A DNA stretch of 64,000 bases from Dicyema japonicum (lineage: Eukaryota > Animalia > Dicyemida), in NCBI GenBank assembly GCA_011109175.1, contig RDEW01000007.1:805712-869711 (forward strand), in the 5' to 3' direction. The notes under the pieces were generated by a model. That model was not told the DNA's origin. It saw only the letters and a program-made list of their open reading frames with translations, and made no database searches. The first letter of the stretch is position 1. Each line of letters starts with the position of its first letter. The translations under genes were made by a program, and so were the position numbers. This document shows, piece by piece, positions 12,250-25,193 of the stretch.

Positions 12250-13400
12250 TTTCATTGAAATTTCTATCTTTAACATCAGTTTTTTTCAAACGGGAGAAGA
12301 TTGTTTCACTGCAATTGAAGTGGAGGGACATTTTAGAAGGTAGCAATATGTCATTGGATTTATTGATTTGTCAGTCATTTTAACAACATCCATTAAATCA
12401 TTCTTCTCATAGCTTTCAATAAAATAATTTTCAACATCCCCCTTTACAGAAATATGGTGATCTTTTCAAAAACAGCATAACTTTTTTCGATTGAATACCG
12501 TGAGTTTTGCAATTTTTCCAAATTAGATTTTAGCCATTTATATTTCGCAATTTCAAAGTTCATGAAACAAATTGTCATTCATTATTGATCGCTTCACATT
12601 TGCAACAACATCGACTTCAAAATTGTTTACGCAACGAGATTTTCGGAATAATAAAACGTGCTTCTAAGAAACTCCCCATCTTGTGATAATTACACCTGGA
12701 GGTAGTTTAATCTCATACAACATTAATCTCATACAATTTCATTTTTATCTTGCCAGCCTTCATCAAGGAGCCGCTAATAAGTAATATCAAATTTGATAAT
12801 TTTAATAAAAATTTATCAAAAACATCTCCAATTGTTGGAATTATGACATTCGAATATGAATTATTAGCTGATTTCATAATTTATAAAGTCTCTGGATTAC
12901 AAATAGCCCGACAATTACATTTAATATTTTTTCCCGTTAATTTTACTTTCATCAATAATTAAATATATTTGTTTGTCTAAAAATGTTTTCTGTAGTTCAG
13001 TAATGTAGATCATAAAGTTTATGAATATTTTTTTCGGAGTGCTGTTGTAGACAGTTATAACAGTACATATAGTTTTTTTATATAACTATTCCATAATTTG
13101 TAAAGTGGAATATCGAAATGTAAAATACTTTAATTAAACAGATTTCCAGTTTTTTTTCAGTAAGAAAAATTTGAGGTCTCTATATTTTTTGGCACTGTGT
13201 CTGATGTCTATTTCCATTAAGATGTTGATCGATGTATTGTTTGGACGATTTTACTATCTTTGAGCATTTTTGGCAAAAATAAATTTCCCTTAGGTGCTCT
13301 TGTAAATATTTATGAGTTTTGGAAATTGCTTTTGAAATTCGTTCCTTATTTTTTCTTCTGTGTTTTAATAATTGATAAAATACAAACCTGTCATTAAATG
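12250..13400 (-). pseudogene. hAT-like transposase remnant with N-terminal BED-like zinc finger
   Basis: Minus-strand pieces LFCQKCSKIVK..IDQHLNGNRH (zinc finger), LIIDES, ILLISGSLMKAGK and IKLPPGVIITRWG; stops, frameshifts and an internal deletion marked by duplicated AATCTCATACAA at ~12709/12726. Confidence 0.6.
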
Positions 13401-13424
13401 AAGAATGCTAATACACAACAAAAA

Positions 13425-13920
13425 ACAATTAATTATTATTACCCCCAGGATCACTGGGTCAAAGAGAAAGAAATAAAAGTCTCATCTAACTAGGAGATCC
13501 CAGAACGACAAAGGAAAGGACGAGTCCGGCGGGATCGAGAATCCTGAACAGCTCTTTTCATTGGACATTTTATTTATTTTAATAACCCCGGGAACACTGA
13601 GAAAGAAAGACAAAAGAGTCAAACAGTTAGGTGATCCCAGTCCTCGCAATCAATTGTGCCATTCGACGTCTGTGATCTTCCATCGTCCCCACTACTTTCC
13701 GGAAGAGCCTTCTCTCGGTCTTGCGGAGGAATCCGATCGGAGAGGGGAATTTCTTATCCAATCGGTTTTCTCTTGCCATGGAAAGGATCAGGCGAAGCGG
13801 ATTTCATCTTCCTCACAGACGAGAAGAAATCTGGAGCCACGACTACGGATCTTAGCTTCCATGAGTAGTGGGTCGACTGTTGATCCATTACGTCATTGGA
13901 CATGGCATCGTGTATTTTAA
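13425..13920 (-). mobile_element. Two tandem 3'-end fragments of the Vingi-like LINE
   Basis: 13575-13920 aligns with 52940-53350 and ends RTGIT-stop + stem-loop + tail; a second, shorter terminus (CAGTGATCCTGGGG-TAATAATAA) follows at 13425-13570. Confidence 0.7.
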
Positions 13921-14084
13921 AATGAATTAAAATGAAATGAAAAAAATAATAATAAAATTTAAAAAAATAATTATAAAAATTATGTCCTATTTTAGGAAAA
14001 TTTTATATTTGAAATAGGACATTGTCCTATTTGTCCTAAATATGACAATGTCCGCCCTACTGATATCCCTTTGTCGGATATCTT

Positions 14085-14375
14085 CTGATTTTTATGAATT
14101 TTTGTTGCCGGGACATATTGGATTCAGAAAGGGATGCTCGACCGCAGATGCTGTTTGATCTCACAGGTGGATATGTGCATGTGTCAACGATAAAGGAGTG
14201 ATTTTAAGATTTTGAAAGTAGACATGTCCAGTGAGTTTGACACTGTAAACAGAAAAACATTGTTGGACGTTGCTGGGAGTTTCCTTGATGAGGATAACAC
14301 AAGACATGTCAGTTTTTTATTATCTAACATTGAATTAACTGTACGAGTTGGGACACAACATTTTCATGAAAAGTA
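14085..14375 (+). mobile_element. RTE-clade RT fragment
   Basis: GFRKGCSTADAV-x-HRW, VDMSSEFDTVNRKTLL and DEDNTRHVSFLLSN parallel the RT at 43179-44370. Confidence 0.7.
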
Positions 14376-14449
14376 AGCAATAGAGTCCACGGGAAATATA
14401 TCTGTCAAAAAATTTTTTTGATTTCCTTGGTGATGTAAAATTTGTTATT

Positions 14450-14640
14450 TTTATATGGAAACCTCTGGACATCTCGTCGCACGTTTCTTTAAAAAACTTG
14501 GAAACCTAAGGCAGAGAGCCTGCTCAGGGAAACATCGCGAGTGGTAATAGTCAATCAGAAAGGATTTCCCCTGCAATCCTCAGGGGAAATGGCAATGTAA
14601 TATGAGGGTACTACCTTCCAACTCTGTATTTTTTGAATTA
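14450..14640 (+). mobile_element. CRE-like element C-terminal fragment
   Basis: ISPAILRGNGNVI matches the CRE terminal motif (MAIIRGNAFAI at 51240-51270). Confidence 0.5.
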
Positions 14641-15567
14641 TGATTTAAAATTTTACAAGTCAATTAGCTTTTAACTTGGAAAGATTATGCCTACCTTACG
14701 CATCACGGAGAAACAAATTAACCATTAAGGCACAATTGAGCATTTGTGGCCAATAGAATTACTCAAAAAATTATTAGATAAATTTTAATAGACTAAACAA
14801 TTATAAAATTATTTAAAAAATTAAAAAAGTATGGTTAAATCGAGGTTCGATTGCAAATAATTCACCGATTCCTCAAAGCGTGACAATCCGTTCTTAAAAT
14901 TAACCGAAATTGAAATAAAAAACAATTTCGTAGATAATTTGATAATAGAAACAGGTCATAAGTATTTGGGTGAATAATTTTGATAAAATAAAAATTAATG
15001 AGAGAAAATTAAAATCAATGAAAAAATAAAAATTTTAATTAGAAATCGATAAAAATAACAAAAAAATCACACAAATGAAATTATTTGGTAAACCACAATA
15101 ATTTAAAAAATTCAAATTAAGAGTAAAAGAAAAGTGACAAAAACGGAATTAAATTAATAAATGATAGGAATAGCTTTTTAAGAAGAGATCTTTTAACTCT
15201 GTCAAATTAGAAAATAAAAATATCAATGAAAATAAATAATAATTACATAAAAAACAAATTAGCAAAAAAACGAGACGAAAAAAGTTTATACAATTTTAAG
15301 TGAAAAAAAAAAGATATTAATTCAACATAAGGGAATTTGACATAAATAAAAAAATTCTGATTAAAAAACTAAATAAATAAAAAATAGATGATTTTAATAT
15401 AAAAATAAAAAAAAATAAAATAAAAAATAGAAAAATAGAAAGCAAGATAAAAATTTCAGAAAATTAGAAAAAAATGAAACCAAAAAATAGATTTAAATTA
15501 AAAAACCACAAATTACAAAACAATAAGCGGAAAACGAAGAACATAAAAAGGGATAGAATAAGGAAAA

Positions 15568-18500
15568 ATGATGTGGATCGTAGTGATATGTAAGAAAATA
15601 AATTAATCAAATAGTAAGTATACAAATAACAATATTAACGAATAATATAAAAACAGCAGATCCAACAGGTTCTTCGACAGGTTTTATTTTTAATGACAGT
15701 CAGCAAATAATACAAGGACAACCACGAATAACCAAACTACAACAGCATCTTATACAAGTTCAACTACAAATAACCAGACTACAAATACACCAACGACATC
15801 GTCCTCTAGTTTTATTTTTGATGAAAAATAGCATCGTATAATGGGACTACATCTAACAACCAGACGACAATAGCAACAAATAAAAGCACAACGTCAAATA
15901 ACCAGACTACAAATACACCAAGTATTTCTTCGTATGTATTGATTTTGATCACAAATAGCATCAAATAATGACACAACATCTGATAACCAGACAACAATAG
16001 CAACTAACACAGGCACTACATCGAATAACCAGACAACAACAGCATCAAATCAAAGCACTACCTCCAATAACCAGACAAAAGCAGCAACTAACACTGGCAT
16101 AACCTCCAATAACCAGACAAATACTGCAACAAACTCAGGCACTACGTCGAACAACCAGACAACAACAGCATCAAATCCAAGCACTACCTCCAATAACCAG
16201 ACAACAACTGAAACTAACACAGGCACTACATCGAATAACCAGACAACATCATCATCAAATACAAGCAGCTCCTTTAATAACCAGACAACAACAGCAACTA
16301 ACACTGGCACAACCTCCAATAACCAGACAACATCAGCAGCTAACTCAGGCACTACGTCGAATAACCAAACAACATCATCATTAAACACAAGCACTACCTC
16401 AAATAGCCAAACATCAACAGGATCTAACTCAGGCACTTCGTCAAATAACCAAACAACATCTTCATCAAATATAAGCACTAACTCCAATAACCAGACAACA
16501 ATAGCAACTAGAACTGGCACAACCTCCAATAACCAGACATCATCAGCAGCTATCTCTGGCACTACGTCCAAATAACCAGACAACATCAACATCAATTCCA
16601 AGCACTACCTCCTCCAATAATCAGACAACAACTGCAACAAGCACTGGCACAACCTCCAATAATCAGACAACAACTGCAACAATCTCAGGCACTACCTCCA
16701 ATAACCTGACTACATCAACATCAATTCCAAGCACTACCTCCAATAACCAGACAATATCAACATCAATTCAAGCACTGCCTCCAATGACCAAACAACATCA
16801 TCATCTAATATAAGCACTAACTCCAATAACCAGACAACAACAGCAACTAGCACTGGCTCAATTTCTAATAACCAGACAACAACTGCAACTAACACAAGCA
16901 CTACCTCCAATAACATTACTACAATCAACATCAACTCCAAGCACTACCTCCAATAACCAGACTACATCAACATCAAATCCAAGCAGTACCTCCAAAAACC
17001 AGACAACATCATCATCAAATCCAAGCACTACCTCCAATAACCAAACAACAACAGCATCAAATCCAAGCAGTACCTTCAATAACCAGACAATAACAGCATC
17101 AAATCCAAGCACTACCTCTAATAACCAGACAACAACAGTTTCTAACTCAGGCACTACATCGAATAACCGAACAACATCATCATCTAATACAAGCACTACC
17201 TCAAATAACCAGACAACAATAGCAACTAGAACTGGCACAACATCCAATAACCAGACGACAACTGCAACAAACTCTGGCACTACGTCAAATAACCAGACAA
17301 CATCAACATCAACTCCAAGCACTACCTCCAATAACCAGACAACAACAGAAACTAACACTCGAACAACCTCCAATAACCAGACGACAAAACTGCAAACAAA
17401 CTCTGGCACTACCTCCAATAACCAGACTACATCAACATCAATTCCAAGCACTACCTCCAATAACAAGACAACAACAGAAACTAACACTCGAACAACCTCC
17501 AATAACCAGACGACAACTGCAACAAACTCTGGCACTACGTCAAATAACCAGACAACATCAACATCAATTCCAAGCACTACCTCCAATAACAAGACAACAA
17601 CAGAAACTAACACTCGAACAACCTCCAATAACCAGACGACAACTGCAACAAACTCTGGCACTACGTCAAATAACCAGACAACATCAACATCAATTCCAAG
17701 CACTACCTCCAATAACAAGACAACAACAGAAACTAACACTCGAACAACCTCCAATAACCAGACGACAACTGCAACAAACTCAGGCACTAACGTCGAATAA
17801 CCAGACAACATCAACATCAAATTCCAAGAACTACCTCCAATAACCAGACAACAACATCAACTAACACTGGAACAAACTCCATAACCAGACATCATCAGCA
17901 ACTAACTCAAGTACTTCTTCGAATAACCAGACAACAATAGCATCAAATCCAAGCACTACCTCCAATAACCAAACAATGACTGAAACTAACACAAGAACTA
18001 CAACAGCTTCTAACTCAGGCACTTCGTCGAATAACCGAACAACATCATCATCAAATACAAGCACTACCTCCAATAACCAGACAACAATAGCAACTAGCAT
18101 TGTCACAACCTCCAATAACCAGACGACAACTGCAACAAACTCTGGCACTACGTCCAATAACCAGACAACATCAACATCAATTCCAAGAACTACCTCCAAT
18201 AACAAGACAACAACAGAAACTAACACTCGAACAACCTCCAATAAGCAGACATCATTAGCAACTAACTCAATTACTTCTTCCAATAACCAGACAACAACAG
18301 CATCAATTCCAAGCACTACCTCCAATAACCAGACAACAACAGAAACTAACACTGGAACAACCTCCAATAACCAGACATCATCAGCAACTAACTCAAGTAC
18401 TTCTTCGATAACCAGACAACAATAGCATCAAATCCAAGCACTACCTCCAATAACCAAACAATAACTAAAACTAACACAAGAACTACAACAGCTTCTAACT

Positions 18501-21010
18501 CAGGCACTTCGTCGAATAACCGAACAACATCATCATCAAATACAAGCACTACCTCCAATAACCAGACAACAATAGCAACTAGCAATGGCAGAACTTCCAA
18601 TAACCAGACATCATCAGCAACTAAATCAGGTACTACGTCGAACAACCAGACAACAACAGCTTCAAATCCAAGCACTACACCCAATAACCAGACAACAACA
18701 GCAACTAGCACTGGCACAACATCCAATAACAGACATCATCAGCAACTAACTCAGTTACTATCAAATAACCAGACAAACAAGCATCAAATACAAGCACTAC
18801 CTCCAATAACCAGACAAAGCAGCCAACAGCAACTAGCACTGGCACAACATCCAATACTTATAACCAGACATCATCAACAACTAACTCAGGCACTACGCTA
18901 ATAACCAGACAACAATCAAACCACTGGCACTACTTAAATAACCAGACAACAGCAACAAATCAGACACCACTCGAATAACCAAACAAAAACTGCACTAACA
19001 CAGGCACTACCTATAATAATCAGACATCAACAGCTTCTAACTCAGGCACTTCGTCGAATAACCATACACAACTTCATCATCAAATAACAAGCACAACCTC
19101 CAATAACCAGACAACAAAAGCAACTAGAACTGGCACAACCTCCAATAACCAGACGACAACTGCAACAAACTCTGGCACTACGTCAAATAACCAGACAACA
19201 TCAACATCAATTCCAAGCACTACCTCCAATAACAAGACAACAACAGAAACTAGCACTCGAACAACCTCCAATAACCAGACGACAACTGCAACAAACTCTG
19301 GCACTACGTCAAATAACCAGACAACATCAACATCAATTCCAAGCACTACCTACAATAACCAGACAACAACAGAAACTAACACTGGCACAACTTCCAATAA
19401 CCAGACATCATCAGCAACTAACTCAGTTACTATTTCGAATAACCAGACAACAAGAGCATCAAATACAAGCACTACCTCCAATAACCAAACACCAACAGCA
19501 ACTAGCACTGGCACAACATCCAATAAACAGACATCATCAACAACTAACTCAGGCACTACGTCTAATAACCATACAACATCAGCATCAAATACAAGTATTA
19601 CCTCCAATAACCAGACAACAGCAGCAACAAACTCAGGCACTACGTCTAATAACCAGACAACAACTGCATCAAATCCAAGCACTACTTATAATAACCAGAC
19701 AACAGCAGCAACTAACACAGGCACTACGTCTAATAACCAGACAACAACTGCATCAAATCCAAGCACTACTTATAATAACCAGACAACAGCAGCAACTAAC
19801 ACAGGCACTACCGCGAATAACCAGAAAACTATAACAACTACCACTGGCACAACCTCCAATAACAAGACAACAACTGCAACAAATACAGACACCACTTCGA
19901 ATAACCAAAAAACAACTGCTACTAACACAAGCACTACCTCCAATAACCAGACATCAACAGCTTCTAACTCAGGCACTTCGTCGAATAACCATACAACATC
20001 AGCATCAAATACAAGTATTACCTCCAATAACCAGACAACAACTGCAACAAATACAGACACTACTTCGAATAACCAAAAAAACAACTGCTACTAACACAAG
20101 CACTACCTCCAATTACCAGACAACAACAGCAACTAGCACTGGCACAACCTTTAATAACCAGACAACAACTGCAACAAACTCAGGCACTACTTCGAACAAC
20201 CAGACAACAACAGCATCAAATCCAAGCACTACCTCCAATAACCAGACAACAGCAGCAACAAATACAGACACTACATCGAATAACCAAACAACAACTCCAA
20301 CTAACACAACAACTACCGCGAATAATCAGACAACAATAGCAACTAGCACTCGCACTACCTCCAATAACCAGACAAAAACAAATACAGACACTACATCGAA
20401 TAACCAAACAACAACTCCAACTAACACAGCCACTACCGCGAATAACCAGACAACAATAGCAACTAGCACTCGCACTACCTCCAATAACCAGACAAAAACA
20501 AATACAGACACTACATCGAATAACCAAACAACAACTTCAACTAACACAGGTACTACCGCGAATAACCAGACAACAACATTAACTAGCACTGGAACTTCCT
20601 CGAATAACCAGACAACATCAACATATAATACAAACACTTCATCGAATAACCAATCTACAATTTATCCAACTACAAATTTAACTTCTTATACTACCATTTC
20701 AGATTCCACTCATTTTTCTAATAGTTTAATTCCTATAATTTTTAGCTACTATTCTTTCGAATTCTACTTTTTCTACACCTTTTACTCCTTCTGGTTTTTT
20801 TGGATTTTATAATTTTAGACAATTTTAGTCTTTCTTCAAAACTTCTTGCCATTATTCTTCCTATTGTTTTTATCATTCTTTTTCTATAATTCTCTTTTTT
20901 ATTTGTCGGCGTCGGTTATTATTTTTTTTATTTTAGACGTTATATGCGTAATTTCAATAAATCCTACGTTTTTAATAATTCGTTTTTTCGAATTTTCGAC
21001 TTTTCTGTGA
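15568..21010 (+). CDS. Mucin-like type I membrane glycoprotein with Thr/Ser/Asn 14-aa repeats
   Basis: ATG at 15568 (MMWIVVIL-SIQITIL, signal-like), 25-nt intron 15590-15614, further short introns near 15680, 15810 and 15935 that interrupt the repeat on the + strand, ~5 kb of TTSNNQTT repeats, TM segment LLAIILPIVFIILF..ILFFICRRR (~20835-20910), short tail to TGA at 21008-21010. Repeat frame is broken by indels. Confidence 0.75.
15720..20660 (+). repeat. 42-nt coding tandem repeat with 126-nt higher-order unit
   Basis: Unit e.g. ACTACCTCCAATAACCAGACAACAACAGAAACTAACACTCGA; near-identical 126-nt trimers start at ~17455, 17581 and 17707. Confidence 0.95.
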
Positions 21011-21137
21011 TTTATTTATTTGACTAATCAATTTTATTTTAGGTTCATTTAACTGTTTTAATTACAATTAAATTTATTTTCTTATTTTTTTAATTGAATA
21101 TCTTGATCTCTTCGATTTTTTATCAATTATTATTTTG

Positions 21138-22020
21138 TTACACTTTCCTGGGGATTTCTGCAAACATGGTTTTGAAGATTTCGTTTTTCTAACTGATCAT
21201 GTTGTCTATTAAATTGTTTTTCCATGTCGTTAGTAATATATTGTAATAACCCGGATATTATCAAAAAATTTCAAATATTTGTTCGAGTCTCCACTTTGAA
21301 ATATTCTATAAAATTCTCCCTTTCGGTTGAACTCGTCCTCACTTTGGATGAGAATCCTCGCATCGTCTGGTGTCAAGTTATTTATAATTGAGTTGATGTT
21401 CTAAGTAAAGGTGCTTCAGTACTTTTTTGTTCTTGCCAATTTTTCACATAGTCAATATGTTTGTGTTTTTCTTCGCAGATGAGGACAGACCGAAACAATC
21501 TCTCGTCGAACATTAAATGAGAGTAATTTCTGGCAATTGATAGCAGTGAATACCGATCAAACGTGCACGACATGGACCTAGTTAGTGTTCTGTCATTCAA
21601 ATTAGGCAACATCCAGCCGGCAATGTTGAACATGTCCCTTACGATGAGTTCTTTAAAATTAGCATCCAATTGGGAGGTTGAATGTAGACTGGGATAACAA
21701 TTCAATCACCTTGGGGATATATTTACTTCTAACAGCCACGGTTTTAATTTCGAGTCTAAGATAATGTCAAATCCGTAAAGTTCATGCACAGAGTACCTCG
21801 ACACACCAGTGCTTCTTATGGCAGCATTATTGGAGTTTTCAGCACTAAAACATGTTTCAGAAAGGAACCTGATCACAGTTTTTACAACAATGTCATATCT
21901 TTTTTGTTTGATAACGTATGGATTAATATACACGGATATATATCTCTATTGTACTTTGAATTCTAAATACAACCAATACATTAAACATGTCTTTCTTATG
22001 CATGTGTTATATAAGGATCA
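21138..22020 (-). CDS. TTLL4: TTLL4-like tubulin glutamylase, C-terminal half only
   Basis: [54 protein letters not shown] and [35 protein letters not shown]; 21- and 24-nt introns. The N-terminal half of the TTL domain was not found upstream. Confidence 0.75.
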
Positions 22021-22779
22021 TTGACTGAAGTATCGAATTAAACAGCTAACTTCTTTATAAATAAATCAATTAATTTAAAAAATGGTTAGTTTTATAACAG
22101 GTTTCCATTATGGTCTGCAGCCATTGAGCACGAACTACCTCTCATAATCGCGAGCCCGATTTTCAGACGTCTTTGTTGTATCTAAATTTTCAATGTTCCA
22201 GATTGTATCATTTCTGAAACTTCATTAAATTTTTAACTTTATTGTACAATGTTGATTGCTTTAATGGTTGCACTGACTGATGGCCCCTAGTTAGAATCTC
22301 TCTGCTGTACATTCCGTCTGAATCTTCCACGCATCTGCCATGCTTTGGCTTGACGAGTGACGCCGTCATCAGTGAACATCTCACTGGATCGTCTACAAAA
22401 AGACTCGCACCCAATAAAAAAGTTCCTTCTCTACGATTAGTTAAAATTAACTGTTCTTTACTTAAATAAAGTGTGTCTGGGAGGAGCGATAGCTAATATG
22501 GCTCTTCGTATAGTGAAGTATTATTATTTTTGGCGAAATTCTCCATCGGTCACTACATTTTCAGCTTCAATAATTTCGACATTTAATCTTTCATATTGTG
22601 TTAAGTTGTTGGCTTCTCAGTGAACAACTTTTAGTTTAAGATTAAATCTTCATTTAAATCTGTGTAACCTTAAGTGTCGAAATTCCCAAATAAGGGTCAT
22701 TTTTATTTCACAGATATGGGATAATTCTCTGAGAGTCATTTTTGATGTATTTTTTATTTCACAAATCCTTCTTTTCTGA

Positions 22780-23008
22780 GCAATAAATTTCGAACTTTTT
22801 AACCATGTGGCACTTCCGGATTCTAAATTTAAATATAAATTCGTTTAAATTTACAAAAAAAACAATATAAATTAATGATAAATGTTTTTCTGATTGCGGA
22901 TTATAAAGTCTCGGTTTATTGAAGCTTGTTTGTATGGAATCTTGGTATTTGCTGACTCAACAAAATTCGGATTATTAAAGTTTTCGGATTAATGGGGGAT
23001 TACTGTAG
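22780..23008 (+). mobile_element. Possible right end of a pogo/Tigger-like DNA transposon
   Basis: Subterminal repeats CGGATTAT/CGGATTAAT ending GGGGGATTACTG-TA; no matching left TIR found in the window. Confidence 0.4.
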
Positions 23009-23074
23009 ATACATAGTTATTAGTGTAGACAATTATAACTATACCCTCGTGGACGAAAATGAAGCGGTTATTAA

Positions 23075-23150
23075 AGTGAAGTGGTGATTGAAGTGGGCAT
23101 TACTTCTCAAGATAATCCCTACAAGTTGAAGTCGAGAAGTTAAATTTTTT
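23075..23150 (+). mobile_element. Short R4/Dong-like REL-domain fragment
   Basis: VIEVGITSQDN..QVEVEKL matches LIEVGITSQDRLKQVEVEKL at ~53945-54005. Confidence 0.6.
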
Positions 23151-23757
23151 TAACATTACTTATGCAATTTTTGGTTGTTAGGTGATTACGGTTCTTAACA
23201 TTAGGGTTAGAATTGTTTTAGGGTTAGTATTGAGGATCGCTATCATGTTGTGAGATTTTGGAAGGAGTCAATGGATATCGTTATTCAGGCCTACTTCATG
23301 ATCGAGGAAGCAATATTCTTAAAACAAGAGTTATGGATTCCATCCTAGAGAATATTAAAAAGAGGATAACTATGTTTTCAAGGACAAACTGAATTCAGTA
23401 AATTTGTTCCATGGAATCAATGAATATGCGCTTTCTCTATAAAATATTACATTGGTTTTATTAATATCTAGGCACTTGAATTCGATTATATTGACTAGAA
23501 ATACCTCAACTGCTTGCTACTCTGAGGTTGGACCTGAAACTTGCAAACAAGGAACAAATTATACTTAATTATGATAATTTACTGGATTTAGTTAAAAGTT
23601 TTTAAAACCTCAATTTTTTGAACATCCTCGGATTTTGGAACGTTTGGAGTTCCAAATCGATATCGGACTGTACACTCAATTGTATTTGATTCTGCTGGGA
23701 AGTCCCTTGAAAAAGGTCCTTTCAATGCAAAAACACTTAAATGAATAAAACCACTAG

Positions 23758-23970
23758 GAGGTGTCACGCAAAATGGCCATTTTTGGTCCCACAAGGAAAT
23801 TTAAAACAAAACCACAAGGAAATGTCACGCAAAATGGCCATTTTTGGTTCCACAAGGAAATTTAAAACAAAACCACAAGGAAATGTCACGCAAAATGGTC
23901 ATTTTTGGTCCCACAAGGAAATATAAAACAAAACCACAAGGAAATATCACGCAAAATGGCCATTTTTTGA
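23758..23970. repeat. ~60-bp tandem repeat, ~3.4 copies, with 14-bp palindrome
   Basis: GTCACGCAAAATGGCCATTTTTGGTCCCACAAGGAAATTTAAAACAAAACCACAAGGAAAT repeated; contains palindrome AAAATGGCCATTTT and CCACAAGGAAAT twice per unit. Confidence 0.95.
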
Positions 23971-25193
23971 TTCATTAAAAATTTTTAGCCAATTTGAAAA
24001 ATAAAATAATTAATTTTAAGAAGTGAACAAAATTTTTTTAGAAAAATGCCTTAAATGAACAAAAACGTATTTAAGTTTTATTAAAAGGAAATTTAATTCC
24101 TAACTGTTTTTTATTTGCTTCAAAAATTTTTTGTATTTTTTTATTGAAGAAAAGAGCAATCATTATATTCATTCTCAACCTTAGATAAGAGTTCCCTCTT
24201 TATTGCACTTAATATAACTAAAATATCTTTTTGTCCACATTTCTTATTTTTTCAGATTCTGGTTCACTATTTTCTGAATCTTCTATAGAATTTTCGTTTT
24301 CATTAAAATTTCATTCTCAGAGTATTCAATGATTAAAAAATCTTCAAATTTGAGAAAATTGAAAATTTCTTTTCTTCTGATTGCTGTATGATTAATATCA
24401 ATTTCAAGATTTTCAGTTATTGGAGCTATTTAAAACTCTGAAACAATTCCTGATCGTCTCTTCGGATATGTCAACTCCAAGCCGTTTTTGTAAAAAATGC
24501 CCGTATCCTTTAAAGTTAATTTCTTGTAAGTTCCAATGATTCTGTTAAATAGAATGCGTCTTGTAAAATTATACTTTAAAGATTTTATAATGGCAATTGA
24601 AGCAAAGCCCTACTAGAAACATATTTTTATTTATTCTAAATTCGGATGGACGCAATGTGCAGGGCAGTGGTCAATTAAAAGTAAAATTATTTTTTGAGCT
24701 GAATATAAAAATTAATAAGCCAATCCATAAATAACCAGTTATCCAAGCTCAAGTGAACTGTAGTAGGAGCCTATAGTCGAAAACAGCTATCATCTCTATC
24801 AACTAATTGATGTCACGAAATAGATAACATGATTTTCTTATTTATAATTTACAATTTGAGTTTTTCCTTCAAAAATAAGGCGAATATAGCCTCCACGAGT
24901 AGCATAAGAAGACACGTATTAATAAATTTTTTATTTTTTCCAAATTTTTTTAAAAATTAAATTAAAAATTGTGGCCAATTTAAAAATTGGCCAATTAATA
25001 AGGAGAATAAGATTTTTTTAAAGATTTTTCAAAACGTGGCCAATTTATAGATTAATTACCTTAATAAACCTTTTAACTTAAAAAATAGATTAAAATAAAT
25101 TAATATAATAAAAGTTAAAAAATTTAAATTACAGGGACATTAATAATAGCAAATATTATAAAAAGAAAAATTATTAAAATTACGATTTATTTA

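Noticed and set aside
16050-20637. Long Val/Leu/Trp-rich minus-strand ORFs (VVWLLEVV repeats)
   Set aside because: They are the antisense shadow of the T/S/N repeat. Signal peptide, GT-AG introns and TM anchor all lie on the + strand.
23200-23230. TTAGGGTTAG pieces as an interstitial telomere
   Set aside because: Only two interrupted partial units; not an array.
23758-23970. CRISPR-like appearance of the palindromic repeat
   Set aside because: It is a pure tandem repeat with no spacers.
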